The notes beneath the pieces were generated by a model. It saw only the letters and a program-made list of their open reading frames with translations. It did no database searches and was not told the DNA's origin. A stretch of DNA of 64,000 nt from Laetmonice hystrix. Lineage: Eukaryota. Positions 37,997 to 50,412 of this stretch are shown piece by piece. Position 1 is the stretch's first letter. Every line of letters begins with the position of its first letter. The translations under genes and the position numbers were made by a program. The stretch covers positions 1,984,001-2,048,000 of the forward strand of contig OZ249452.1 of NCBI GenBank assembly GCA_965235115.1. Direction: 5' to 3'.

Positions 37997-38717
37997 GTCC
38001 CCACGTTAACCCAATCCAGTAATCATACACCCAGACAACACGAGCTACTGACCGTCCATCCACGCTGACCACTGACCGGGTTCACCAGCAGCAATGACTG
38101 TCCACCAGCTTGACCAGATCGGTCTGACTGTGTGATGACCACCCAGTATTCAAATATACACTGGGGGAGCCTGCCCGACCTGCCCTCTATCGACGAGACC
38201 CGGCGTAATGACATGTCTCCGGCCGTCGCTAACATAGGTCATAAATTCTCCCTGCCAGGGGTGGCCGTACCATGGGTGGACAAAGCTTTGCGGGTCTGGT
38301 TACCCGGGCCAACCCGCAGTCTGAGGGTAACTAACGAGGGTTGCCCACCCCACCCCCCGCCCGCCAGGTCGTCCCCAGCGGCTGGGGGCAGGGGGCGGGC
38401 AGATTTTTTCCCGAGGTTGTTCGAAATGCTTTCCTGGGCGTGTCTCGGTGGCAGCGGCCGGTGGGGGTGGGGTAGAGGGGTGGGTATAGGGGTGGGATGG
38501 GGGAGGCCAGGTGTGCTACACACTGTGAAATCCCCCTTCACCTATATAACCCCACCCGTTCAGCCCCCACTCCAGCCCATCCCACGCCCACCTGGTCAGT
38601 CCCGAGTCTGGACACTGTCCAGTGGTCAGTCGTAAGTCGTCCTGCCCCGCCTGCTGACAACCACATCGTACTCACCCTACCGGGATCGACACAAACACCC
38701 GATCATTATGTACCCCA

Positions 38718-38811
38718 CCCCGCTCTAAACCCCGCTCTAACCCCGCTCTAACCCCCCTCGATAACACCCCTCGATAACACCCCTCGATAACACCCCTCGA
38801 TAACACCCCTC
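38718..38811. repeat. Two adjacent short repeats (11-bp x3, 13-bp x4)
   Basis: CCCGCTCTAA(A/C) x3, then ACCCCTCGATAAC x4. Confidence 0.9.
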
Positions 38812-39787
38812 TCAGTGAACCCCTCATGATATCCCTTACACCTTACAATAACACCCAGACGATACAACTTGACGTATCTCATACACGTACCTCACTGGTT
38901 AGAGCAGTTAGTATACTGTGGTCGCTTTATACTATCATTTACATATTCCGTGTTCACTCAAATCAATGTTCAGCACGCCCTGAAATGTTTTCCAGTATAT
39001 TTTCTAAAAATCAACCTAGATATTTCGTTTTTAGTTACAAGAGTACAGTTATGGCTGAAGCACTTCCAGCAGCGTGGAGTTGTACGCCGAGACATGATCA
39101 CACGACGATCGCGCACCTGTTGAATATGATTTCCTGACCGACTCTGTGTGAGGACGAGACCGGGGTCGGTCAGCGCGGTGTCGGCCGGCTCCCCTCGGGG
39201 AGAGGCCCGGTCAGTCAGAGGTCGGGCGGGCGGTCTCCCGCTCGGCCGGTCGGTGGGGCGGGCCCGGATCACCGGCCGGGAACCCCGGGAGCCCACCGCC
39301 GGGGGGTGCAGACCGCCAGGGGTTATATAAAAATGTATACCCGTAACCGTGGTAAATGACCCGGGGTAGTCACCCCAAACCCCCAGGGACACATCAGAAC
39401 TCCCGTTGGTACCTAACCCCCCGTACCCTCCCCCCTCGACGCCTTCCTCTCTATCGTTTCCACCACAACGCGTGTCCTCCACACATGATTCGGTGTGAAA
39501 TTAATGTGCGTGTACACCTACCGCGGCGTCACTGACAGAATTCTGACACGTCCCGTATCAATGTCTACAAGCTGCACTCATTCACCTTATACCATTCCCA
39601 GGAATGTCGACACGAGGTCAACACACAGTGTCCTCTGTCACAGGGTTTGACATCACGAAAACATACCGCAGATATAGAGGTACGAAAACAATGGATCACT
39701 TTGATCAGGTCCAGTGTCAGTGGACGTTTGTCATCTCGTTTACAATCCGTGCCATCAAACCATGAGATAAGAATGATATAACCTTAC

Positions 39788-39799
39788 CGTGGATATCAT
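39788..39799 (-). CDS. Sp6-9: Candidate first coding micro-exon of Sp6-9 (M-I-S-T)
   Basis: Minus strand reads ATG ATA TCC ACG|GTAAGG. This is a phase-0 donor compatible with the phase-0 acceptor at 35494, giving [21 protein letters not shown] via a 4294-bp intron. It is the only ATG-bearing phase-0 donor I found among those checked, but the scan was not exhaustive. Confidence 0.35.
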
Positions 39800-39893
39800 C
39801 AGTACAGCGTGTCACAGCTTCAGTTAGAGAGTGCAGGGTTCGAACCCAATGCCACTTGTCTGGCCGTCTGCCTGTATCAGTGATCCTCACGGC

Positions 39894-40549
39894 GATCCTC
39901 TGTCCCAGCTGGCGTACCCGGGACCAGGTCTGGGTGTGGGTATTACCAGCTATACGGCACGGTACAAGATGTCAAGGTCTCGTACCCAGAGTCTGATGTC
40001 GATGTGCCGGTCTGATCCTCTGTCCCAGCTGGCGTACCCGGGACCAGGTATAGGTCTGGGTGTGGGTATTACCAGCTATACGGGACCAGGTATAGGTCTG
40101 GGTGTGGGTATTACCAGCTATACGGCACGGTACAAGATGGCAATGTCTCGTACCCAGAGCCTGATGTCGACGTGTGGGTCTGATCCTCTGTCCCAGCTGT
40201 CGTACCCGGGACCAGGTCTGGGTGTGGGTATTACCAGCTATACGGCACGGTACAAGATGACAATGTCTCGTACCCAGAGCCTGATGTCGACGTGTGGGTC
40301 TGATCCTCTGTCCCAGCTGTCGTACCCGGGACCAGGTCTGGGTGTGGGTATTACCAGCTATACGGCACGGTACAAGATGACAATGTCTCGTACCCAGAGC
40401 CTGATGTCGACGTGTGGGTCTGATCCTCTGTCCCAGCTGTCGTACCCGGGACCAGGTCTGGGTGTGGGTATTACCAGCTATACGGCACGGTACAAGATGG
40501 CAATGTCTCGTACCCAGAGCCTGATGTCGACGTGTAGCTCTGATCCTCT
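39894..40549. repeat. 120-bp tandem repeat, 5 copies (copy 2 enlarged by an internal duplication)
   Basis: Unit starts GATCCTCTGTCCCAG at 39894, 40014, 40182, 40302 and 40422. Confidence 0.96.
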
Positions 40550-41663
40550 CCGCTCCATTAATGGCAGGTATATTAAATGTTACCGACTATTTAACCCCCC
40601 AATCAGGGAGTGAGCGGTCAGCAGCTGACCAATGACCTCCATACCTGGGGGTGGTATGGACGACACTGCAGTCAGTGGTAATTAACGCCAGTCATTACAA
40701 TGATAATTACTGGTTGTGTTCAAACGAATGGAACTGATCGGGACTGGGAGGGCCCGACAATTGTTCTTTGTCCCCGTGTTTGCCAGTCAAGTCAATAATT
40801 ATCTCTGAGGACTTCTACCTCCTACATGGCATTCAGACACAAAAACAGGAATGTACCATCGTGTATGTCTCGTGTATGTCGGCTCTAGTTGTCGCTACCT
40901 GTTATAAGCTACAACACAATGACGCGTCTTATATACTTTTTTATACAAATATTTTGTACCGATACATGTATGTATGAATTAAATCATAATTTCTCATAAA
41001 GTTCCAAGTTTCCATTGCAAGCAGATGAGGTAAGTAATGCAGAAATTCTGTGTTCATAGCACGTCTTATGGTGTCATTGTTTAGGAGGGGCTAATATCAC
41101 CTTGACTCACAAACTAATAATAAACCGTTAAAAGACATTTATATGGGTATAGGATTGTAAAACTCTGCAGATCACCCGTCATTAAGCCATTATGGTGCAG
41201 CTATTGAAGTCATGCACACTTCTATATTTAGTCAGTGGTCAAACCTTATCTCATACAAGTATCTCATGTATATATCATAGGTATATGTATACGTCTCAGT
41301 CTGGTCGATCACTGGCGTCCAGACGACACGGTTCGAAACTCTGGGCCACCTTTGTTAAAACCTTGATGGGGGGAGGGGGCGGGGGCCATCCAGAACATAT
41401 CACCGGGACACGACCCACCAAATACACCCGATTAAAATCACCGCTGGTAGAAACATTGCCGACACATATCGTTAATGACCCGATTATAATGGGTGCAGTG
41501 ACACTGACCATAACTACCCTTTACACTTGTATACCCCCACCCTACCATACCCAATAACTCTCGTATAGAAAAACTGACGAACAACCCTGAGGTTTCTCCA
41601 CGATCTACTCGCACCAAGTCAGGCTAATTCTCTGGCGTGTCGTGAAAACAACTCACAAAGTCA

Positions 41664-42311
41664 AATCGGAGGTTTCTGAACGAGTGTGCCCCTCTCAAAC
41701 AGAGGTTAACTATAATCGGGGGGTTCTGAACGAGTGTGCCGGTCTCAAACTGAGGTTAACTATAATCGGGGGGTTCTGAACGAGTGTGCCCCTCTCAAAC
41801 TGAGGTTAACTATAATCAGAGGGTTCTGAACGAGTGTGCCCCTCTTAAACTGAGGTTAACTATAATCGGAGGGTTCTGAACGAGTGTGCCCCTCTCAAAC
41901 TGAGGTTAACTATAATCAGAGGGTTCTGAACGAGTGTGCCCCTCTCAAACTGAGGTTAACTATAATCGGAGGGTTCTGAACGAGTGTGCCCCTCTCAAAC
42001 TGAGGTTAACTATAATCGGAGGGTTCTGAACGAGTGTGCCCCTCTCAAACTGAGGTTAACTATAATCGGAGGGTTCTGAACGAGTGTGCCCCTCTCAAAC
42101 TGAGGTTAACTATAATCGGAGGGTTCTGAACGAGTGTGCCCCTCTCAAACAGAGGTTAACTATAATCGGAGGGTTCTGAACGAGTGTGTCCCTCTCAAAC
42201 TGAGGTTAACTATAATCGGAGGGTTCTGAACGAGTGTGCCCCTCTTAAACTGAGGTTAACTATAATCGGAGGGTTCTGAACGAGTGTGCCCCTCTCAAAC
42301 TGAGGTTAACT
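41664..42311. repeat. Minisatellite, 50-bp unit, 13 copies
   Basis: Unit GAGGGTTCTGAACGAGTGTGCCCCTCTCAAACTGAGGTTAACTATAATCG. Confidence 0.97.
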
Positions 42312-42711
42312 TTTTACTTGAGGGGGTTTCAGTGCGTGGAGAAGTAGGGGGCACGGTTGTGGTAGGACTAGGGGTGACCTGAAGGTGGGGTTAGGTCAGG
42401 GGTAGCTATAGGGGTTCATCTCACACCCTTGTCTCGTATCTTAACCCCATGTCCTAGTTATACTAGGTGACCAGCCCACTGACCACTGACACTGACAGGC
42501 CTGCAGTATGTAGTATCTAGTATATGGCAATTTTCATGCAAAATCATATATTTTGTGTGTATCTTCTTATTGTAATGTAGATTTGATTTAGTAATTATTT
42601 GATTTGCATCTGCATATTAGATTCACGATGAATAAATATTTATCCATCTCTTCTCGTGTAGTTTCACACACAGTACACGTGAAAGTAAGTATCCGCGTTC
42701 GATCAGGGTGT

Positions 42712-42896
42712 AAACAAGTTACACATAAAGTTTGATATAAGGTGTATGTAAAACAAGTTACACATAAAGTTTGATATAAGGGGTATGTAAAACAAGTTAC
42801 ACATAAAGTTTTATATAAGGTGTATGTAAAACAAGTTACACATAAAGTTTGATATAAGGTGTATGTAAAACAAGTTACACATAAAGTTTGATATAA
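42712..42896. repeat. AT-rich minisatellite, 39-bp unit, about 4.7 copies
   Basis: Unit AAACAAGTTACACATAAAGTTTGATATAAGGTGTATGTA. Confidence 0.95.
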
Positions 42897-45749
42897 AGAG
42901 TGCCCACGTCTCTGCATTGTCTAAAACAACAATCTCCAAGAACCTTTACTAGATGTATACACGTGCCCCCCTCCACCACCACATATACGGTCGTTCGTCA
43001 TTTGAAATCTGACTCAGTTTAGTGTTCACGTTAACCTGAGAACAAGGCAGGTACGTTTAGCTCAACGTCAGTCATTCGAGATCCGCTATAGCCAGTAACA
43101 CAAAACACCAGCACACACGTTTTCTTTCTCCCTCGTCTTACCCTCTCTCATTCCCTCTTTTTTTATTCGCCTTGTAAGAATTGCACACCTGGTGATTTGA
43201 GAAGGATAATTTATTCGGAAACGGGAAACCGGGCCGAAGGAGGCCTTTTTACTCTGACCGCATGACGTACGACGTTTTGGCTCTCTGCCAAACGCCGTCA
43301 TATCAGCCGAGAACGAGGCTCGATGCGTCTGCCGACGGAATCTGAACCAATAATTGGCCAGCGTTCGTAGCGCTCTCCAATGTATACAAAAGACTCGGCC
43401 TGTATGCTAACCGACACCCCGTACAAGGTGGCTAAAACAAATTCGCTGACAGAAGGCTGAAACAAGATAGGGCAGAGCTCCGCCGGCACGGCTTGGTGCG
43501 GTCTTTTGACGTTTTGCCGGCATATGGAACCGCCACACACCAAACTGTACATGTGACTGCTGGATTCAGACAACTTTACTCACTTTGTGTTCGTGGGTAA
43601 TTAATAATATGGCATTCCTCACCAATCTTCAGATACATATAATCATATGTGTTGACCTATTACTTGGCGAAAGTCGGTGCAGCCTATACGTTACATCAAG
43701 GCTTTCAGTGTGTGAGGATTAGCAGAGAAATCATTTACTGGAAGCAAATGTTTCTGGTACACATGTGTACTCTTGCTTTCTTATGGTCGATATGCCAATT
43801 GATGAAAATAATGTTTGGGTACAACTCTCTTCTACCAAAAATTTATATATTTCAGTTTTACTTAGAGGCCTTATACCACTTTCTCATCCTAAGATTATGA
43901 CCCCCCCCCCGTTCACCTCGGTCCATCTCGGTCCCCGGTCCCCCGGTCCCCCGGTCCCCCGGTCCACCAACACCTGACCAGTGTCGTGCAAGCGGAAGTT
44001 GCGCGCACAGTGCGTGCAGTGCGTGCAGTGCGTGCAGTGCGCGTCCCACAGACGGAGACGAACGGACGTTGATTCATGGTTCTCTGTCGACGTGCAGCTG
44101 TCGTCGTCAATCTCACCGAATCTCGTCTTTTAGCGCGATACGCACATGCTGGTTGCTAACACCCCCTGCGTCCCTTGCCCCGCTATACCCCCCATACACC
44201 TGTTATGGGAAGCGCCACACATAGCCAGGCCAGCAGCGTCACATAGCTCGCCCACACCTCGAGCTCCGATAAAGTGCTCCACAGGTTCATTAATTGTCAC
44301 TCAGTGGTGGCAGCACAGTCGCCGGGACGCTCCACACGACACCGGCTGCTGCTCGTCTCAACACACATATTCCTGTACGCGCCAATGTCAGCCAACGAAC
44401 GCATGAGCTGAGAGTGTCGTTAAATTGAGGGTTAAGTCCTGGTGGGAAACGAATTCTGGGTGGTATAATATCTCTGCAGATATACCATCCTTTATCCCGA
44501 CTCTTTAAGAGATCTTCTTATACTATATAGGTCGAATTCCAATCAATACATAAAAACAAATATTCTCTGGTATAAAAACGGCGTCTATAGATAGGTAACC
44601 TCGAGAGAAAGAAAACCAGTCACATATCTGCAATTTATATAATAAAAAAACTCTGGTAGCCGTATGGGCATGGTACAGTCTTACACATGCTTGGTGGTCA
44701 TGCAAGAAAGACGGACGGACCAGCTCGGGTGTAGGTGACAGTAGTTGTGCTCATTGCATGACAGCCCCTCTGGTAGAGGGAATGCTGCTAGTTTTACACA
44801 GGGCAGAATAGGACAACGTTCAACACCTGAGGACGGTCGTATGGCCTGGGGCATGCTCGCAAAATATAGGTATGATAAACGGTGAAAATCTACTTCAAAC
44901 GTGGTTCGGACATTTAAACGTCGGGGAGACTAAGGGCACATGTGTGACGTATGTGTGTGTGGTCTCGCAGGGGAATTATAGACACATGTATATTACAGAT
45001 ATATGAACATCCCGACCGTAAATATACGTAAATATGGCCTGAGGTTTATCCCCGCAAATAGTTGATAACTATAGCGTGTCATGCATGAGTGGGCCGAATT
45101 TAGTAACATGTTTGACACATTACAGACCTATACCAGCCGCTAGGATGACAATATACATTGTGTCAATTAGAAAGTGACACACAAGCAGTATACGTCATAG
45201 TATAGAAATATTCCGCAATGCACGTACACGAGACAATGGGTAGGAACCATAGAACCCGCCACACTGCATGCGTTAATTGTTCACGGTCACAATTATAAAG
45301 TCGAGAAAGAAACACAATCCTCTAGGAAAGGTTTCACCTCTGCTGGGTGGTTAATTGGTCAATCATGTTAATTATTATCACCTGACCGACCCAGCTCTAA
45401 CTACTGTACGTTGGCTGACACCCAGAAACCACCGCAGATCACTATAGGGGCGTGTTTTAGGGGGGTTGGGGGAGTTTGACTCAAATTACAGTCATTTCTT
45501 GGCAAACATGATCATGTATATAGAAATGTACACATTCTGACCACCTTTCGACAATGGGAGGGGGGAATGCAGCAGTAATTATTGTGTCATCGACGGATCA
45601 GTTTGGTAGAGGTGTTCTTGTCGTGTGCAGGAAATGATGCATTGTCGTTACTGCTGTGTCTCGCACACAGAGGTGGAAATAAATCTCTTGTAGAGGTATG
45701 GAGGGGACAATAGTGTGCTAGAATTCACGTATGAGGCGTGAGTTAATAC

Positions 45750-46000
45750 TGCAACATAACAGTTCTATCTGCTGGTGTATTCTTAATAACTCTCTATACA
45801 TCCTTGAAACACAAGTTTATAATCTGAACGTTGTATCCTACGCTGGAGTACATACTGAATCAGATTGCAACATAACAGTTCTATCTGCTGGTGTATTCTT
45901 AATAACTCTCTATTGGCCTACAACCTTGAAACACAAGTTTATAATCTGATCTAATAGCCTATGTTGTATTTTATTCCTATACGCCGGAGTACATACTGAA
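45750..46000. repeat. Diverged tandem duplication, period about 116 bp
   Basis: TGCAACATAACAGTTCTATCTGCTGGTGTATTCTTAATAACTCTCTAT at 45750 and 45866, with downstream matches continuing. Confidence 0.9.
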
Positions 46001-47844
46001 ACAGTAACATTCTCTTGTCTGCTTACACGTCACTGATAGACGTCATTATTTTAATAGGGACACGCTCAGCTCACATCGTCCGGTGTTAAAAACCTTGCAC
46101 ATGTTGAAATAATTAAGTCGTTAGTAATAAAATCGCCCTGTAATTGAAAGAAAATTTGCGGACCAACCCTTAAAATTACACCCCTGTAGATTCCCGTGAT
46201 ACGAGCGTATAAAGTTTACAACGAGTGTCACCAAAACGACAAACGCGACAGGAAATCATGGAGGAAAGCTTGATTCCTTATTCATTGCCCCCTCCTCGGC
46301 CGTCTGTAAATCTAATCATTCCTAATGAAATGGACGAAGTCCAGGCGGCCATCGACTCGCCGTCATGTGTCAATTACTAGTGACGGCGGTCGAGGAGCGG
46401 TCGGCCGGGGAGAAACCCGTCGTCTGCCGGGTCACGACTGCTGCAGGGCAGAGCGCCATACACACACACATTATAACCTATCGCATGTAAATTCTCAAGG
46501 CGAGCGCTGATTGGTGATTAGAGTTAACACCTGTTAATGAAGATGAGCTGATTAATTTAATGACGCCCGTTTCTGGCGGCGATGTCAGCCAGAGCTTGCC
46601 TCGAGATGTCTCTATCGAGGTCGATTTATCTTCTACTGTCACATGGTCCGATAACAGCACGGCCTTAACGTGATTCCTGGCCGGGGGAGGGGCCGTGGCC
46701 GGGCCAGCTCGGCTGTCACACAGACATCTTCAACCTGGCCAGCTCCATACTCTGGTCTCATTATTTATAACTTCCCTTGCAGATTCATAGAAAGTATGTC
46801 AGATTTTATTAATCCATCCTCATATTATCAGCATGATGTTTCATGACTGATACGATCTAACATATCCGATGTTACCAATGCGTGTTTCTTCAAACGTTAT
46901 CGATCGACAGTAAAGTCATATATTAAAGAGTAAAGACGTTTAAAGTTAAAAGAAAAGTCCTCAGGGAGTTACGTATAAACACCTGCCGTGGCACTTTTTC
47001 TATTTAAACTTTCCTCCTGAGACGCTATACCTTTCACGTGGCCTGAGGTTGAGCGACGCATGCGTGGTGATGGGTAGAAAGTGACAGTTGGTCGTCCTAG
47101 TCCCCACCCAGCCCACCTCCATACATATATAGGTGTACGACCTTCCTTTGACGTACGTCTATTGTTACCCGTAACGTGCTCAGTATTACAGACCCCTGCC
47201 GTGTGCTAGCCCTAGACCATTCACCCGCCGTGTGCTAGCCCTAGACCATTCACCTGTCCACCGTACCAAGGATGGCCGAGAGGGGGCGCTACATGCCGAC
47301 ACGTTGGGCGGTGTATGGACCGGGATAGGACCGCTAATTACAACACCTCAACCTGGTCCAAGCCCCGTGCCAACCTAACAACATTCTCCGCCAATTAGTG
47401 AGCGTGAATTCCTACACCTTAGTCAGCTGTTCGCCTCGCCAGCCTGCGGATTCACCTGTGATTAGGGTCGAGGTAATCTACGTCATAATTGGGACGTTTA
47501 CATGTAGACAAAAGGTTGTCCAGTTGATAATGGTCGCTGGGGTAGTTGTCGGAAACAATGGGGCAACGCTGACCGGACGACGGGGCGTCCAGTATGTATA
47601 GTGAACGCCGGTGGTCAGTTCAAAAGGCGAGGGTGGGGTGGGGGTTGGGGTGTAACCCCTTCCCCGGCCCGATGTCCGGCTGACGATGAGGGCTAATAAT
47701 GCGGTGACCACAAAGTCCAGTCAGTGGTCAGTAAGTACTGACCAACAGGTCGGCCGACGTGAAGAGCGCTTCATTAGTGGCAATAATCGGGGTAAACTGG
47801 AAGGGGTGCGAACTGTAACCCCCTGAACCCCTCGTGATCACCCC

Positions 47845-47891
47845 CCCACCACCACCACCACCACCACCACCACCGCCGCCACCACCACCAC
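47845..47891. repeat. (CCA)n microsatellite
   Basis: CCACCACCACC... run with a few CCG interruptions. Confidence 0.9.
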
Positions 47892-48573
47892 CGGCCGTCG
47901 AACCCCTTGAACAATGATCCACGGAGCCTGACCCCCCAGAGGTCGAGGGTTCAAGGTCCCCCACCCCCTCCACCCCTCACACCTCACCCTAAACCCCATC
48001 CCCTCGCCTTGACCACTCGTCCATATTGACCACTGCCGACATAAGCCGATTAACACTTCACCCCTCCTGTGGGAAATTCCCATACAGCGGGAGACGCCGG
48101 ACGTGTGTGGATCAATGAACGCGGTGAATGTCGGCGGAGGGAGTTAATCAATTGGTCACTCTGTCGTCACTTGGTCACAACTGACACGTCACAGTGTCAC
48201 AGGATCAACTGGGAAATGACCAGTCGGCTCCTCCCGCCGGATACAGTGGCTCCCCCTACCGGTAACGTGTTGATATTACAATTTGTTTACTGTTGCCACA
48301 GATTCCTATCGTTCATATAACGTTTCTACAGATTCCTATCGTTCATTAACGTTTCTATCTATCATGTGATCATGCCCATCATAACGCCATCTACATACAT
48401 GCCCGAAACATCGCAGAAAGATAGGCTAAAACAATCAGATATCTGCGACAGAACCCCTCCCAGGCCCGCCCCAGGCCACCGGCCCTCCCCCGGCCCTCCA
48501 CCGGCCCTCCTCAGGCCCTCCCCCGGACCTCCCCCGGACCTTCCCTGGCCGAAAGATATCACTATACCCTGTC

Positions 48574-48761
48574 NNNNNNNNNNNNNNNNNNNNNNNNNNN
48601 NNNNNNNNNNNNNNNNNNNNNNNNNNNNNNNNNNNNNNNNNNNNNNNNNNNNNNNNNNNNNNNNNNNNNNNNNNNNNNNNNNNNNNNNNNNNNNNNNNNN
48701 NNNNNNNNNNNNNNNNNNNNNNNNNNNNNNNNNNNNNNNNNNNNNNNNNNNNNNNNNNNNN
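48574..48761. other. Assembly gap or masked segment (188 N)
   Basis: Run of N; contiguity across it is not guaranteed. Confidence 0.99.
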
Positions 48762-49420
48762 GACATAATATATTATATATTATAATGTACATTTATACAT
48801 ATATATGCTGACTGATGTCACTGTGGGTATATATAACTGACGGCGGCATACCAAGTAAAGTCACTAATTACAAGTGGCCTTACTGTATAAGCTATCAAAT
48901 TATGTCATTTATCACATGAATAAGTATTAATGGAAATTAATCTGTTTGGACCTAATTACACTCACGGACGCCATCTCCCGACAACGGACGCCATCTCCTG
49001 ACAATGCGTCCACTTTTTGCCGTTCACGAACGGTACTTTTTCTCAATGCGTCCTCAATAACGTCTCAAGACAAACAAATTAATGTCAAACGCTTGCACAA
49101 AAACTTCCCTGACATGTTACTCATGGCAATGCATGCTCGGCACTTGAACACCAATCTGTGCATTCCTTGCCCGGATTCACTCTAAGTGGATGAAATTATT
49201 GAAACTCGTAATTGGTTCCTGGCATTTCCAGTGCTTGTTTGCTGTAAACGTTTCTGGATTTTTTTTTAACGAGACTTGTTCACGGGTATTTAATAATGGT
49301 CAATCGGTTACCATGGAGATAACATGATAAAGACATGTATGAGCTCGTGTGAATGTGGTGAACATATGAATCGTTATCCGTCTTTGTATTGTATAAACCC
49401 TTGGTCTCCTATTTATCACT

Positions 49421-49594
49421 GGTTCCATAGATATTTGACAACACCCTCCAAGTACGCGGGATGATTCTAGACGGACTGTCGTCCCTGGCTGGGAGAGAAA
49501 CACGTGGTTCCATAGATATTTGACAACACCCTCCAAGTACGCGGGATGATTCTAGACGGACTGTCGTCCCTGGCTGGGATAGAAACACGTGGTT
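49421..49594. repeat. 85-bp tandem duplication, 2 copies
   Basis: GGTTCCATAGATATTTGACAACACCC...GAAACACGT at 49421 and 49506, one mismatch seen. Confidence 0.95.
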
Positions 49595-49747
49595 ACATGG
49601 ATATAGGCGGTCGTTCTCACTGAGCACACAACAAGGCTTGGCGGGAGGCTTGGGTCGGTGGGGTCGTACAGTCGGCATACCACGGCCGTCCCTCGGCTCA
49701 CTCCCCGGCGACCCAGCCCCCCTCACGGGACGGGCGGTCTGGCGGTC

Positions 49748-50110
49748 ACCGGCCCCCGCCACCACCACCACCGGCCCGGCCCGGCGGCCTGTCCTCCCCC
49801 GGCCCCCTACACCGGCCCGGCGGCCTGTCCTCCCTGGCCCCTCCACCACCGGCCCGGCGGACTGTACTCCCCGGCCCCCTACACCACCGGCCCGGCCCGG
49901 CGGCCTGTCCTCCCTGGCCCCTCCACCACCGGCCCGGCGGCCTGTCCTCCCTGGCCCCTCCACCACCGGCCCGGCGGACTGTTCTCCCTGGCCCCCTACA
50001 CCGGCCCGGCGGAATGTGCTCCCCGGCCCCCAACACTACCGGCCCGGCGGCCTGTCCTCCCCCCGGCCCCCACCACTACCGGCCCGGCGTTCTGCCCTCC
50101 CCGGCGACCC
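49748..50110. repeat. Degenerate GC-rich repeat, about 36-bp unit
   Basis: CACCACCGGCCCGGCGGCCTGTCCTCCCTGGCCCCT with many variants. Confidence 0.88.
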
Positions 50111-50412
50111 CGGCCCCCCAGCGCCGAGGTCTCGGCCGCCGCCGTCGCCGGGCGAACCGTCTCACCACCTGCCGTCTCCGCGCTGTCCGCCGGCCGCCCA
50201 GCCCTGTACCCCCGGCCGTGGTCGGCAACCCCTCAGTGAGTTCCCGTCTCAACCCCACCATCTAATCCAATCGACCTCGCACTTAGCTCCGCCTAACGGA
50301 GCAGAAGTAACAGACCCTGCACTGACTCGGTCCGACCGCCGCGGTCAGTGGCCTGATGAAATTCAAATCGAACTGATTATCGAACTGTGCACCCTGAGTC
50401 CCTCAGCCAATA

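Noticed and set aside
37170-38891. Other minus-strand splice donors (CAG|GTACGG, AGG|GTGAGT, GAG|GTACGT) as the coding first exon
   Set aside because: Each has an in-frame stop upstream before any ATG. They remain possible only as non-coding exon ends.
44010-44043. Cluster of metal-response-element-like TGCRCNC motifs
   Set aside because: It is produced by a 9-bp microsatellite (GTGCGTGCA)n, and no metal-related gene is nearby.
47937-47961. tRNA/SINE-like B-box (AGAGGTCGAGGGTTCAAGGTCCC); also GGTTCGAACCC near 39837
   Set aside because: No matching A-box at the right spacing, no cloverleaf and no second copy.
48362-48792. ORFs spanning the N run
   Set aside because: They are artefacts of translating the assembly gap.
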